Assembly: GCA_020057295.1 (NCBI GenBank)
Contig: JAGVGF010000002.1
Span: forward strand, 128,001 to 192,000
Source of the DNA: an archaeon
Lineage (GTDB): Archaea; Nanobdellota; Nanobdellia; Woesearchaeales; UBA9642
Length of the DNA stretch: 64,000 nt
Direction of reading: 5' to 3'
The notes under the pieces are model-generated. The model made no database searches, was not told where the DNA came from, and saw only the letters and a program-made list of their open reading frames with translations. The position numbers were made by a program, and so were the translations under genes. Position 1 is the first letter of the stretch. Each line of letters starts with the position of its first letter. Positions 38,914-48,873 of this stretch are shown here, in pieces.

Positions 38914-41904
38914 ATGTTCACTAACAAAATATTTAAGGATATTGTATTGGAAAAGGTTGTATTACTAATAGTTCTAGTTATGTCGCTATTTTTAGTATCA
39001 TTATCATTTGTATTAGGTCAAGTAGCAATTCAAACAGTAGATATTCCTCCTTCGATTGATGAAAATACTATGTTGAATATTTATTTTGATGCAACAACAG
39101 ATTTAAGTACAACTATCAATTATTCAATATATGAAAATGGTATTTTAGTTTCTAACAATAACAGCTTCAGTAATTTTTTCAATTACACATCGGCTGGTTC
39201 ATATTTGTTTACACTATATGCCTCTGATGGTGTTACACTATATTCAGAGAATAACACAGTTGAAGTATTAAATATTCCTTTAACTATAGTGCTTAATAAT
39301 CCTAATAATGGTGTAGTTAATTCTAAGAATATTTTAATAAATTCTACGTTATCCACTTATGCTGATGCATGTACTTACTCGATAAACAATTCTATAACTG
39401 GAACGTTAACTAATTATAACAACAATTTATTTTACAAATATATTACTCTTAACTCTGACGGGGCATATTCTTTAATTGTTAATTGCTCAAACATTTATGA
39501 TACTATAAGTACTTCGACATCTTTTACTGTTGATACTACTAACATTGCTGTTCTATCAAAATCGTATACTATAGGCAATAATAACGTTGTTACATTTAAT
39601 CTTACTACAAATATGCCGGGTATATGTAAATACGATTCCTCAGACAAGAGTTATGATTCTATGTCTTTAACTTTTACTAGTACTAACGATGTAAAACATT
39701 CAACAGCTATTAATGGTCTATCTGATGGATCCTACATGTATTATATTAAATGTAGAAATGTTTATGATAATATTACTTTAACAAATACTGAAGGAATTTC
39801 TTTTGTAGTAGCTAATAAACCTGTGGCTAGTATTTCTTTAAGTAAGAGTCCACCATTAAAAGCCGGAACTTATGAGGTCAGACTAACAACAAGTAAATCT
39901 GTACCTATTGCTCCAAGTTTGTATTATAATTTTAATACTGACGCTTCAGCAAGATATGTGACATTAACTGGTTCTAATACTGAATGGAAAGGGTATATTA
40001 TAATTTCTGAAAGTACTAGTGGCATGATTGGTACATTTCACTACAGTTCTAATGATGGTTTTGGAAATATTGGGAACACTATTAGTAATGGAGAAATATT
40101 CTTGATTGATACAATCAAACCTATTAGTTCTAGTAGTTTACAGTCTGTAGTTCAAGATGATGGAACTATACGTTTAAAATGGTATTATGATGGTGAAGAA
40201 GTTAGTAGATATAATATTTATAGATCAACCAATAACAATGTTGATTATGTTGATTATTATGACAGTGTAAATTCGCAGCAATATGTTGATCGTGATGTCA
40301 TCAATGGAATAACATACTATTATAGAATTGCAGCTGTTGATAAAGCTGGTAACGATGGTATATTATCAGAGATAGTTTCTGAAACATCTACTAAAAATTA
40401 TGTTGTTAATACTGCAGATAATACTATAACTGTACAGAAAAGTTTAGATGGTGCATTAGTTCCTAAGATTGATCAATTAGTATCTGAATTAGAAAAATAT
40501 GTTGTAGATATCGATACACAGAAATCTTTGTTAGAAGAAACAAACGATCCTAATAAATTAAAGATTATTACTTTATTAAAACTTAACGATAAAGCAAAAA
40601 CTGCTAAAGTAACTCTTAATGCTATAATTACTCAAGTTAAAGATATTAAGAATCAGGATATTAAATCTTCAGAATTAGATGTGAGATTGAATAAGTTGAG
40701 AATGGATGCAATTAAAGCTAAATCTATGGTTGCTGAGGATATTGTTGTTAGTGAACAGTCTAATTATGATCAAGTGACTCAAGAATCTGACGTTGACGAT
40801 GCTATTAGTCAAATTGTTAATCTTAATCTTTCTAAGACTGTTTTAGAAAATTATTCTATAAGTAACAAAAAATTACAAGATTTTATTACCATAAATACTG
40901 ACATAATGATTTTCAAAATACAATATATGGGTAAGGATGATTATGATAAATATACGCTTGTGAAAAAAATCGTCAGTAGTTCTCAAGATTTAAAGGATAT
41001 AGTAATTATTGAAAATATACCTAAAAATTTTGAGACAAAAGCATCTAATATTATTTTTGATATTGATAGTCAACAAAAGCCATCAATTGTTAAGGAAGAT
41101 CCAGTATTGCAATGGAGTGTTGATGCATTTAATAAGCAGACTATATATTATATGATTAATAATCATGTTGATATTTCCTACGCTAAAAATACTAGAACTA
41201 TAGTTTTATATAAACCAACTTTTAAATTTACGCAAACGCTAAACACTGATTCTGGTAACACATTCAATGCTTTAACAGGATTTATAGAATTGGATGTTGG
41301 TGATGTCGGAAAAATATCTATGATGCAATGGTTGGTTCTTATTGGTGTAGCATTAATCATAGGATTGTCTACTTATTATGTTGCTTTAGATCGTAAGGAG
41401 AAGAAACGCAATGTTCAACGTGTTAAAGATCATAAAATAATACTTCCGAATAAGGTGTCGCAGAATAAAATTGTCGCAGTTACAAAACCTGTGGCCTTAA
41501 CTCAAGTAAATACTATAAAGTTTAATCTTAACAAGAAACTTGTAGATGCTAATACTTTAATAAATAATTTTGATTATGAAAATTCTAGAATTGTATATAA
41601 TCAATGTATGCAAGCATATAATCAAACGGTTTTTAAGGATTCTACAGAGCGTTCCGATGTCAAAAATATGTTGAACCATCTGTATATAAAATTAACCGCA
41701 TATAGACTTATTTATGAATCTAGAAAAAATGTACATTCTAGAAATTATGTTAAATTACGTCAGGATTTGAAAAACATTAACGAACTATATACTAAATTAT
41801 ATCGTTCATTAGAACATGTTGATGAAGATAATAAGGTTTCTGAACGAAAGTTTGTAGATTATGTTGCTAATTCACGAAGATATCTAGAAGGAGTGGCTTC
41901 ATAA
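38914..41904 (+). CDS. membrane-anchored surface protein: Ig/FN3 domains, coiled coil, TM, cytoplasmic helical tail
   Basis: Signal peptide; LKW...YNIYRS...YYYRIAAVDKAGN FN3 motif; coiled coil; IIENIPK module; TM WLVLIGVALIIGLSTYYVAL. Confidence 0.75.
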   Translation: MFTNKIFKDIVLEKVVLLIVLVMSLFLVSLSFVLGQVAIQTVDIPPSIDENTMLNIYFDATTDLSTTINYSIYENGILVSNNNSFSNFFNYTSAGSYLFTLYASDGVTLYSENNTVEVLNIPLTIVLNNPNNGVVNSKNILINSTLSTYADACTYSINNSITGTLTNYNNNLFYKYITLNSDGAYSLIVNCSNIYDTISTSTSFTVDTTNIAVLSKSYTIGNNNVVTFNLTTNMPGICKYDSSDKSYDSMSLTFTSTNDVKHSTAINGLSDGSYMYYIKCRNVYDNITLTNTEGISFVVANKPVASISLSKSPPLKAGTYEVRLTTSKSVPIAPSLYYNFNTDASARYVTLTGSNTEWKGYIIISESTSGMIGTFHYSSNDGFGNIGNTISNGEIFLIDTIKPISSSSLQSVVQDDGTIRLKWYYDGEEVSRYNIYRSTNNNVDYVDYYDSVNSQQYVDRDVINGITYYYRIAAVDKAGNDGILSEIVSETSTKNYVVNTADNTITVQKSLDGALVPKIDQLVSELEKYVVDIDTQKSLLEETNDPNKLKIITLLKLNDKAKTAKVTLNAIITQVKDIKNQDIKSSELDVRLNKLRMDAIKAKSMVAEDIVVSEQSNYDQVTQESDVDDAISQIVNLNLSKTVLENYSISNKKLQDFITINTDIMIFKIQYMGKDDYDKYTLVKKIVSSSQDLKDIVIIENIPKNFETKASNIIFDIDSQQKPSIVKEDPVLQWSVDAFNKQTIYYMINNHVDISYAKNTRTIVLYKPTFKFTQTLNTDSGNTFNALTGFIELDVGDVGKISMMQWLVLIGVALIIGLSTYYVALDRKEKKRNVQRVKDHKIILPNKVSQNKIVAVTKPVALTQVNTIKFNLNKKLVDANTLINNFDYENSRIVYNQCMQAYNQTVFKDSTERSDVKNMLNHLYIKLTAYRLIYESRKNVHSRNYVKLRQDLKNINELYTKLYRSLEHVDEDNKVSERKFVDYVANSRRYLEGVAS

Positions 41905-41950
41905 AATTATTGTGCAAATTTATAGATAAATAAAAATTATTAGAAATCTC

Positions 41951-43786
41951 TTATTCTTTCTTTTCTTCAACAACAGGTGTTTCACTTTTAACTTCATGCG
42001 TGTGTTTATGTTTCCTGCTGTATAATGATTGTCCACATTTAGCGCATTTTCTTCTGAGCCTTGAATTTTTATGTCCGCAATGTGGACACTTTCTTCTGCC
42101 GAATATTATTAATAGTAATAGTATTATTATTAATATTATCAATCCGTATGTTACATAATCAAAGCTCACTAATTTGAATGCGTATTCTCCATACACTGTT
42201 TTTATTAGAGCGTTCTCTCTTTGTCCATAATATCCTTTAACTTTTACCAAAGGATTATTTTGTATATCAGCATCACTCATTACTACTTCTACAGGTATCT
42301 TTGTCTTGTCTCCTATTTTTAGTAATACTGCTTCCGGTGATGATATTGTGATATATTCTCCATTGATATATAGATCTAGTATTTCTAAACTAACATAACT
42401 ATCTACTGTGCCTATATTTTGAATTGTGATTATGAATTTACCTTTACCCTTATCATATGAGACATCTGTTATATTTATTCTGGAATCATCTAATATTTCT
42501 ACATTCTCAACCGATATATCTCCTTCTAAAACGTTTTCTAGTGATCTTTTACCTTCACCAAATAATGTATATATTTTAGCTGTAATATTTTCTCCTTCTA
42601 GAACTACATCATAAGTTATTGTTTTATACTGGTTCTTATCTATAAATATTGGATCTTGATCTCCAACAACCTTATTTTGTCCATTAGCGGTTATGGTTAT
42701 AGTTCCTTTTAAATATGCTCCCAGATTTGCCTTGTTCTTATATGTTACCCATAAAGAATTTGTGGCTTTATTATACATTATACTATATATTCCTAAGTCT
42801 ACTGCATATCTCGGCATCTGAAATTTATCTAAGTCTTCTACTGTTGCTATTGGTCCAGTAGGCGTTCTTGAACCTTGTGCAAATTTCACGAATACACTTA
42901 ATCCTAACTGTCTTCTTATAGCCGTTGCAGAATTTATTAGTTCGTTTCCTATTAATACTGCTACTTGAAAATCTGATGCTTTAATATATTCTTGTACTTG
43001 AGATGGTACTGTTCCTCTACCAATAAATAATACAGGATCATCTCCCGACATTATGCTCGATTCTATGAATTCTCCATTGCTCATTAATATTTGCTTAGAG
43101 TTTCTGACTTTTTGATATAATTTTACTATTTCTATATTATTATCAAATCTATCTCCCTTATTTATTGTTTCTGGATTATATTTTGCGAGTCTCGTTTTTA
43201 CAGCTTCATCTACCTGTCCAAGTATTATTAATTTACTAGGTTTTGCATCTGTTAAGAATGTATCTACAGCTCCTATGTTTCGTTCACTAGTAAATATTAC
43301 ATAATACTTATCTATAACAGCATATGATGCTGCTGATAATGCATTATATCCGTAAGCATCATCTACTATAATATATTTAGTTACTATTTTATCTTTGTTT
43401 AATCTTTTTGCCAGGTCTAAATTTGCCGTGTTTGTAACTATCTCTTCTACATTAGTATATCCTTGAGCATCCATTACACTTTTATAATTTATGACATAGG
43501 GTTGTGATCTTGATGATACTATTAACGTTCCGTTAGCTTCTTTTGGTATAGAATATAGTAGTATTGTTCCATGCCTAGAACTTGTTAGAAACAAGCCTGG
43601 TTTCTTATCAATCAGACTAGCATATAACGTTGCAGAGTATACATCTTTCCAATCTGCAGAATTTGAAACAACTTTTTCTAAAGCTAAACTTGATGGAATA
43701 CATATCAATATCATAAGAACTATTATAACTAATGATGTTTTGTTAATAAAACTATTTTTAGACGTATTACCAAAAGTATTATTCAT
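41951..43786 (-). CDS. secreted protein with cell-wall-binding-repeat-2-like domains, Ig/CARDB-like domains, C-terminal TM and Zn-ribbon
   Basis: LIILGQVD...KGDRFDNN resembles the CWB2 G.DR motif; TM followed by CPHCG...CAKCG; GGTGA RBS; divergent from C2. Confidence 0.7.
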   Translation of the reverse strand: MNNTFGNTSKNSFINKTSLVIIVLMILICIPSSLALEKVVSNSADWKDVYSATLYASLIDKKPGLFLTSSRHGTILLYSIPKEANGTLIVSSRSQPYVINYKSVMDAQGYTNVEEIVTNTANLDLAKRLNKDKIVTKYIIVDDAYGYNALSAASYAVIDKYYVIFTSERNIGAVDTFLTDAKPSKLIILGQVDEAVKTRLAKYNPETINKGDRFDNNIEIVKLYQKVRNSKQILMSNGEFIESSIMSGDDPVLFIGRGTVPSQVQEYIKASDFQVAVLIGNELINSATAIRRQLGLSVFVKFAQGSRTPTGPIATVEDLDKFQMPRYAVDLGIYSIMYNKATNSLWVTYKNKANLGAYLKGTITITANGQNKVVGDQDPIFIDKNQYKTITYDVVLEGENITAKIYTLFGEGKRSLENVLEGDISVENVEILDDSRINITDVSYDKGKGKFIITIQNIGTVDSYVSLEILDLYINGEYITISSPEAVLLKIGDKTKIPVEVVMSDADIQNNPLVKVKGYYGQRENALIKTVYGEYAFKLVSFDYVTYGLIILIIILLLLIIFGRRKCPHCGHKNSRLRRKCAKCGQSLYSRKHKHTHEVKSETPVVEEKKE

Positions 43787-43931
43787 TCACCCACCAGATT
43801 AAAATATACGCTCAATTAGTATTTAAATGTTATGTTATTTTTTGTGATTTAATAAATGATATTTTGTGCTTAAATTTGAGTTCTATGTTATGCGTATTTT
43901 GTGCTTGGATGAGCACAAAAACAGAATTAAT

Positions 43932-43989
43932 GCGAAACATTTATATAGCCGTATACATATTTGTATATTGATTTGGTATTTTGATACAC
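43932..43989 (+). promoter_or_regulatory. type-1 promoter copy 2 with perfect operator TATACA-tatt-TGTATA
   Basis: GCGAAACATTTATATA at 43932-43947; operator at 43952-43967, same spacing as the 25883 copy. Confidence 0.7.
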
Positions 43990-44045
43990 AGGAGCGTGTA
44001 CCCATTTATGATTTCATATAAACTACAATAAATTTAAACAAAAAA

Positions 44046-44978
44046 ATGATTAAATCAAATAGTATCCTATTAGTGATATTGACATTTCTACTTGTTGGTT
44101 CTATATTAACCATTCTGCCTGTATCCTTTGCTGCAAATATTGTTGGTGGTAATTATAAGAATATTACAGTCCATACTTCTGTTAACATTAGTAATTCTAA
44201 TCCTGAAGTTTTAGCAATGATAGTATATGATACAACTAATGTTTCCTTGAACAATCTCACTCTTAATGCGGGTGCAACAAAATCTATTACATGTAATGCT
44301 AGTGTTAGAGACTGGAATGGATTTAATGATATTGTTAAAGTAAATGCAACATTGTGGCATGAAGCAACATCAACATATAATGCCAGTAATGATAATAGTT
44401 CGCATTATACTAACACTTCATGCATTCTAAATTATAGCACAGGAACGTATACTGGTGTTTATACATGTACCTTTGACACAATGTATTATTCAAACAATGG
44501 TACGTGGATATGTAATGTTACAACTACTGATAATTATAATGCTACAGGATCACTAACGAATACAACATATATTTATCCATTGTACGCTTTAAACATTACT
44601 GATGGAATTGATTATGGTAATGTTCCTGTTGAAGGAATGTCAAACGATATTCAAGCTAACATAACTAATTTTGGTAACATGGGAATCAACATTAGTGTAG
44701 AAGGATATGCTATTACTAGAGGTGATGGTCTGGCAATGAATTGCAGCATTTTTGGTAATATTCCTGTAAATTATGAAAAATTCGCTCTGGATAATAACAC
44801 TGTTTATGCTTCGAAGAATACATTAACCACTACTCCCGGAATGATTCCTGGATTGACAATGCCAAAACAAATTAATAGTACATTGATACTTAATTCAACA
44901 TATTGGCAATTATACATTCCACCAAATCCAGCAGGTAATTGTTCAGGATTCATAATATTCAGTGCAGAAGCACCATAA
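44046..44978 (+). CDS. secreted putative fibre subunit, family C (C2)
   Basis: Colinear paralog of 33255 and 47928; ends IFSAEAP; T-tract follows. Confidence 0.8.
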   Translation: MIKSNSILLVILTFLLVGSILTILPVSFAANIVGGNYKNITVHTSVNISNSNPEVLAMIVYDTTNVSLNNLTLNAGATKSITCNASVRDWNGFNDIVKVNATLWHEATSTYNASNDNSSHYTNTSCILNYSTGTYTGVYTCTFDTMYYSNNGTWICNVTTTDNYNATGSLTNTTYIYPLYALNITDGIDYGNVPVEGMSNDIQANITNFGNMGINISVEGYAITRGDGLAMNCSIFGNIPVNYEKFALDNNTVYASKNTLTTTPGMIPGLTMPKQINSTLILNSTYWQLYIPPNPAGNCSGFIIFSAEAP

Positions 44979-45073
44979 ACTTTTCTAAATTTTTTTATTT
45001 TTTTTAATTAATATTCTTATATTTTAGGAAACTATAAAAATAGGTATTCTCAAGTAAGTGTTATTTCAGTAGT

Positions 45074-47830
45074 TTGATCGCTAAGGGTGGGTGTTTGAAG
45101 AAATTATTTTATAAAAAAGTACTATTTATGTTGTGCTTGTTTGTATTATCATTAATTATTCTTGATACTGTTATTGCTGTAGATGGATTTGTAGCATATA
45201 GATCAAATACTGGAGTAAGTACGACTAGTTCTCCTAAAATTCGTTATTGGAATAATACTGCGAATGCAGGGAATGGTTCTTGGAGTGCTGAAATTGAACT
45301 TGCAAGTGCAGGCAGCCCTGTAAGATTTGTTGTATTAAAGCAATCACCTGTCGATTCTAAAATCGTTCTTGTAACATCAAGCGATGATGGAAATATGGAT
45401 GGATATATTTGCATGAAAAATTGTGATAATGCGAGTTATTGGGATTATACTTCTAATATCGGAACTGTCAGTTTGGTTTCTTCTCAAAGAGGATTTGACA
45501 TTGCGTTCGAATCCAATAGCGGTGATGCACTGCTCGTGTATGGAATTGTGAGTGCAAATGCCGCGCAAGATTTAGCATTCCAAGAGTTGCCTGTTTCAAC
45601 AACAAGTTTTAACGGATTAACGGAACAATATATTAATGATGGAGGACATGCTACTGATCTTGTATATATGTGGATAGGGATGGATAATAATCCATTGACA
45701 ACATCTAATGAAATAATTATTGCAGCATTCGATGATACAAATAATGATTATAATGCATGGGTATGGAGCGGTTCAGCATTTGGAGCGTTAAATGCTATCA
45801 CAACAGGAGCTACAGGAACATCAAATAGAGAGGCTCATGCTGTGAGATATGCTGCGGATGGAAGCAAAGGAATGGTTGTAAGCGGTACTGGTGGAGCTGG
45901 AGCGATAAATTCTGAGTATTGGAGTGCAGGCGCTTGGACCGTTGTTGCAGCTATAGATGAAGATGCAGGTGATGGAGCTGCAGATGTTCAATGGCTTAGT
46001 TTGAAAGCAGATCCGTCAACAGATGATTTGCAACTCGTTTTTCAGGCAAGCACTTCAGACTTGGGAACCGCGTACTGGAATGGTGGACCTACATGGGCTG
46101 TAACTTCGAACATTGACACAGGAGTTGATGTTGCAACGGCACGAACTGCAGATTTTTCATGGAATCCTACTGGAAGTACCGGACAATTAGTTTGGGATAC
46201 TGATGGTGCTGGAACAACATTAAGTCAAAGAACCTGTGCTCCGCAATGTACTGCTGCAGGATTAACTGTTTCAACATATGCTGGAACTGGTGCATGGGTA
46301 ACTTTATTTAGAAATCCCACTACTGAACTCGTAAAATTTTTAGGATTTAGATTAAACAATGCATTCGATATAGGATCGTTCTGGTATAATGGAACTGGAG
46401 CCCTTAATTATACTAATTATGCAGACAATGTGATAACAGGAGACACGACAGTTACAACATTCGAATCGTATTTCTTTGATTATAGAAGAGATGTTCGTCC
46501 ACCCGGATTAACAATTATCACGCCTAATCAGAGTAATATACTTCAATGGCAAAATTATATTTATTTTAATATGTCATCGAATGAGTATTTATCAATTGCA
46601 ATCCTTGATTTTAATGGAACAAATTATACTATGAATATGTCAACAGATATGAATTGGTATTATAATCTGACGAGCTTGAACGAAGGTTTGTATTCGTACA
46701 AAATTTATGGAATTGATCTGGCTAATAATACTAATGTTACGCCAACTTGGAATATCACTATAAATTTTCCACCGAATATAACTTTAATTAATCCTCCTAA
46801 TAATACGTTAAATATTACGACTGGGAATATTACTTTTTATTATAATGTTACTGACACTTTAAATAATGTTAGTACTTGTTCTTTAATTATTGATGGACTC
46901 TTTGGTGTCGTTAATACAACAACCAGTCCTGTTAATGAAACGACTACACTAAATTTTACGTACTTATTAACTAATGGTCAACACAATTGGAGTATATGGT
47001 GTAATGATACAAACAATTTTAACAGCACATCAGAAATGAGAAATATTACTATAGCTCTTGATCCTATTATATTATCGATGGATATAACAGATAATCTTTT
47101 ACCTTCAGGCGAAGTAATACTTAATGCTGGGTCAACTAGATTTGTGAATTGTACTATAATAGCTAGCGATCCACAAGGTACTGGAAATATTGCTAATGCC
47201 ACGGCAATGTTCTATTATTATTTAAACAAATCTAATGATCCAGATGATAATTGGGTACATTATACTAACACTTCATGCGTTGTTGCAAATATTACGTTGC
47301 AGAACAAAACTTTTAGTTGTGGTTTTTATCCATGGTATTATGCTAATAATGGTACATGGTATTGTAACGCTACTATAACAAATAATGATTCTTTATCAGC
47401 ATCTAATAATACTTCAACAATTATACAGTCTTTATATGCTTTGAACGTTACAGATGGTATTGATTTTGGTAATGTGGAATCTGAAGTTTCCTCGCTAAAT
47501 GTTACAGCAAATATTACTAACATTGGCAACATGGCAGTAAATATAACAATACAAGGATATGCTTTAGCTATTGGTGATAATACAGGAATGAACTGCAGTG
47601 ATAATACTAATATCACAATTACTCGAATAAAATTTTCTAAAATTACTACTGACGATTACACGACTAAAACCTCTTTAACTGGCAGTGTTCAAAATTTAAA
47701 TTTACAAATCCCTCGTCAAACAAATTTAACTCAAATGATTAACACTACTTATTGGCAAGTTAATCCAGATCCAGGAATATCAACAAGGATATGCACAGGA
47801 TACGTGATATTTACTGCTGAGGTTCCATAA
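45074..47830 (+). CDS. secreted adhesin: propeller-like head, Ig repeats, C-terminal family-C subunit domain
   Basis: Signal peptide (TTG start, probably 45095 after GGGTGG); C-terminal part aligns to family C (YANNGTWYC, YALNVTDGIDFG, YWQV...ICTGYVIFTAEVP). Confidence 0.8.
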   Translation: MIAKGGCLKKLFYKKVLFMLCLFVLSLIILDTVIAVDGFVAYRSNTGVSTTSSPKIRYWNNTANAGNGSWSAEIELASAGSPVRFVVLKQSPVDSKIVLVTSSDDGNMDGYICMKNCDNASYWDYTSNIGTVSLVSSQRGFDIAFESNSGDALLVYGIVSANAAQDLAFQELPVSTTSFNGLTEQYINDGGHATDLVYMWIGMDNNPLTTSNEIIIAAFDDTNNDYNAWVWSGSAFGALNAITTGATGTSNREAHAVRYAADGSKGMVVSGTGGAGAINSEYWSAGAWTVVAAIDEDAGDGAADVQWLSLKADPSTDDLQLVFQASTSDLGTAYWNGGPTWAVTSNIDTGVDVATARTADFSWNPTGSTGQLVWDTDGAGTTLSQRTCAPQCTAAGLTVSTYAGTGAWVTLFRNPTTELVKFLGFRLNNAFDIGSFWYNGTGALNYTNYADNVITGDTTVTTFESYFFDYRRDVRPPGLTIITPNQSNILQWQNYIYFNMSSNEYLSIAILDFNGTNYTMNMSTDMNWYYNLTSLNEGLYSYKIYGIDLANNTNVTPTWNITINFPPNITLINPPNNTLNITTGNITFYYNVTDTLNNVSTCSLIIDGLFGVVNTTTSPVNETTTLNFTYLLTNGQHNWSIWCNDTNNFNSTSEMRNITIALDPIILSMDITDNLLPSGEVILNAGSTRFVNCTIIASDPQGTGNIANATAMFYYYLNKSNDPDDNWVHYTNTSCVVANITLQNKTFSCGFYPWYYANNGTWYCNATITNNDSLSASNNTSTIIQSLYALNVTDGIDFGNVESEVSSLNVTANITNIGNMAVNITIQGYALAIGDNTGMNCSDNTNITITRIKFSKITTDDYTTKTSLTGSVQNLNLQIPRQTNLTQMINTTYWQVNPDPGISTRICTGYVIFTAEVP

Positions 47831-47927
47831 GATAAGATATATTATTATAATATATTTTACCATATTTTAATTTATACAATTTGGTCGTTACAACAGAAAA
47901 TTTATAAAAGCTTAAAGTAGAGTTATA

Positions 47928-48872
47928 TTGGTGGGTGGTATATTGAAAGATACCTCACGGTATGTTTTTATGGTGTTTGTGATAGTTTTGTTGTTTATTA
48001 TAGTATTATTGCCGTCGAGTATTGCTCCAAATATTGTTGGCAGTAATTATAAAAATGTTACTGTGATGACTAAATTAAATATTAGTAATTCTAGACCAGA
48101 AATATTGTCGATGATTGTATATGATGCTACTAATTCTTCATTATTTAATATTACTGTAAATGCAGGCGCATTTAAAACTATAAGTTGTAATGCTAGCGTT
48201 AGAGACTGGAACGGATTCAGTGATATAACTAATGTTAATGCAACGTTATATCATATTACTAATAATTCCATCGGTCCCGACAATAACAATACACATTATA
48301 CTAACACTTCATGTAATCTGAATGCTAGCACAGGAACGTATACGGGATGGTATGTTTGTAATTTCGATGTTATATATTATGCTAATAATGGTACATGGAA
48401 TTGTAATGTTACTTTAAAGGATACAAAAAATTCTACAGGATCACTCTATAATTCAACTTTCTTGTATGGTGTTTATGCACTGAACATCACTGACGGTATA
48501 GATTATGGCAGTTTGTTAACTGGCGATTTTTCTAATAATCTTACAGCCAACATAACTAATTTTGGTAATATGGGAATTAATGTTAGTGTAGAAGGATACG
48601 CTTTTACTAGAGGTGATGGTCTGGCAATGAATTGTAGTACTAATGGTAATATAACTGTTGGTAACGAAAAATTCTCTACATCTCAAGTAGATTATGCTTC
48701 TAAAATTGCGCTAACTAGTTCTCCGGCACTGATTCCTGGATTGACAATCTCAAAACAAATCAACGATACAGTTGTTGTTAATACTACTTATTGGCAATTA
48801 TATGTTGATTCAACAAATGTTCCAGCAGGAATATGTACTGGATTTATAATATTTAGTGCAGAGGCACCTTAG
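47928..48872 (+). CDS. secreted putative fibre subunit, family C (C3)
   Basis: Paralog of C1 and C2; TTG start, probably 47943 after GGTGG; ends IFSAEAP. Confidence 0.8.
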   Translation: MVGGILKDTSRYVFMVFVIVLLFIIVLLPSSIAPNIVGSNYKNVTVMTKLNISNSRPEILSMIVYDATNSSLFNITVNAGAFKTISCNASVRDWNGFSDITNVNATLYHITNNSIGPDNNNTHYTNTSCNLNASTGTYTGWYVCNFDVIYYANNGTWNCNVTLKDTKNSTGSLYNSTFLYGVYALNITDGIDYGSLLTGDFSNNLTANITNFGNMGINVSVEGYAFTRGDGLAMNCSTNGNITVGNEKFSTSQVDYASKIALTSSPALIPGLTISKQINDTVVVNTTYWQLYVDSTNVPAGICTGFIIFSAEAP

Positions 48873-48873
48873 A

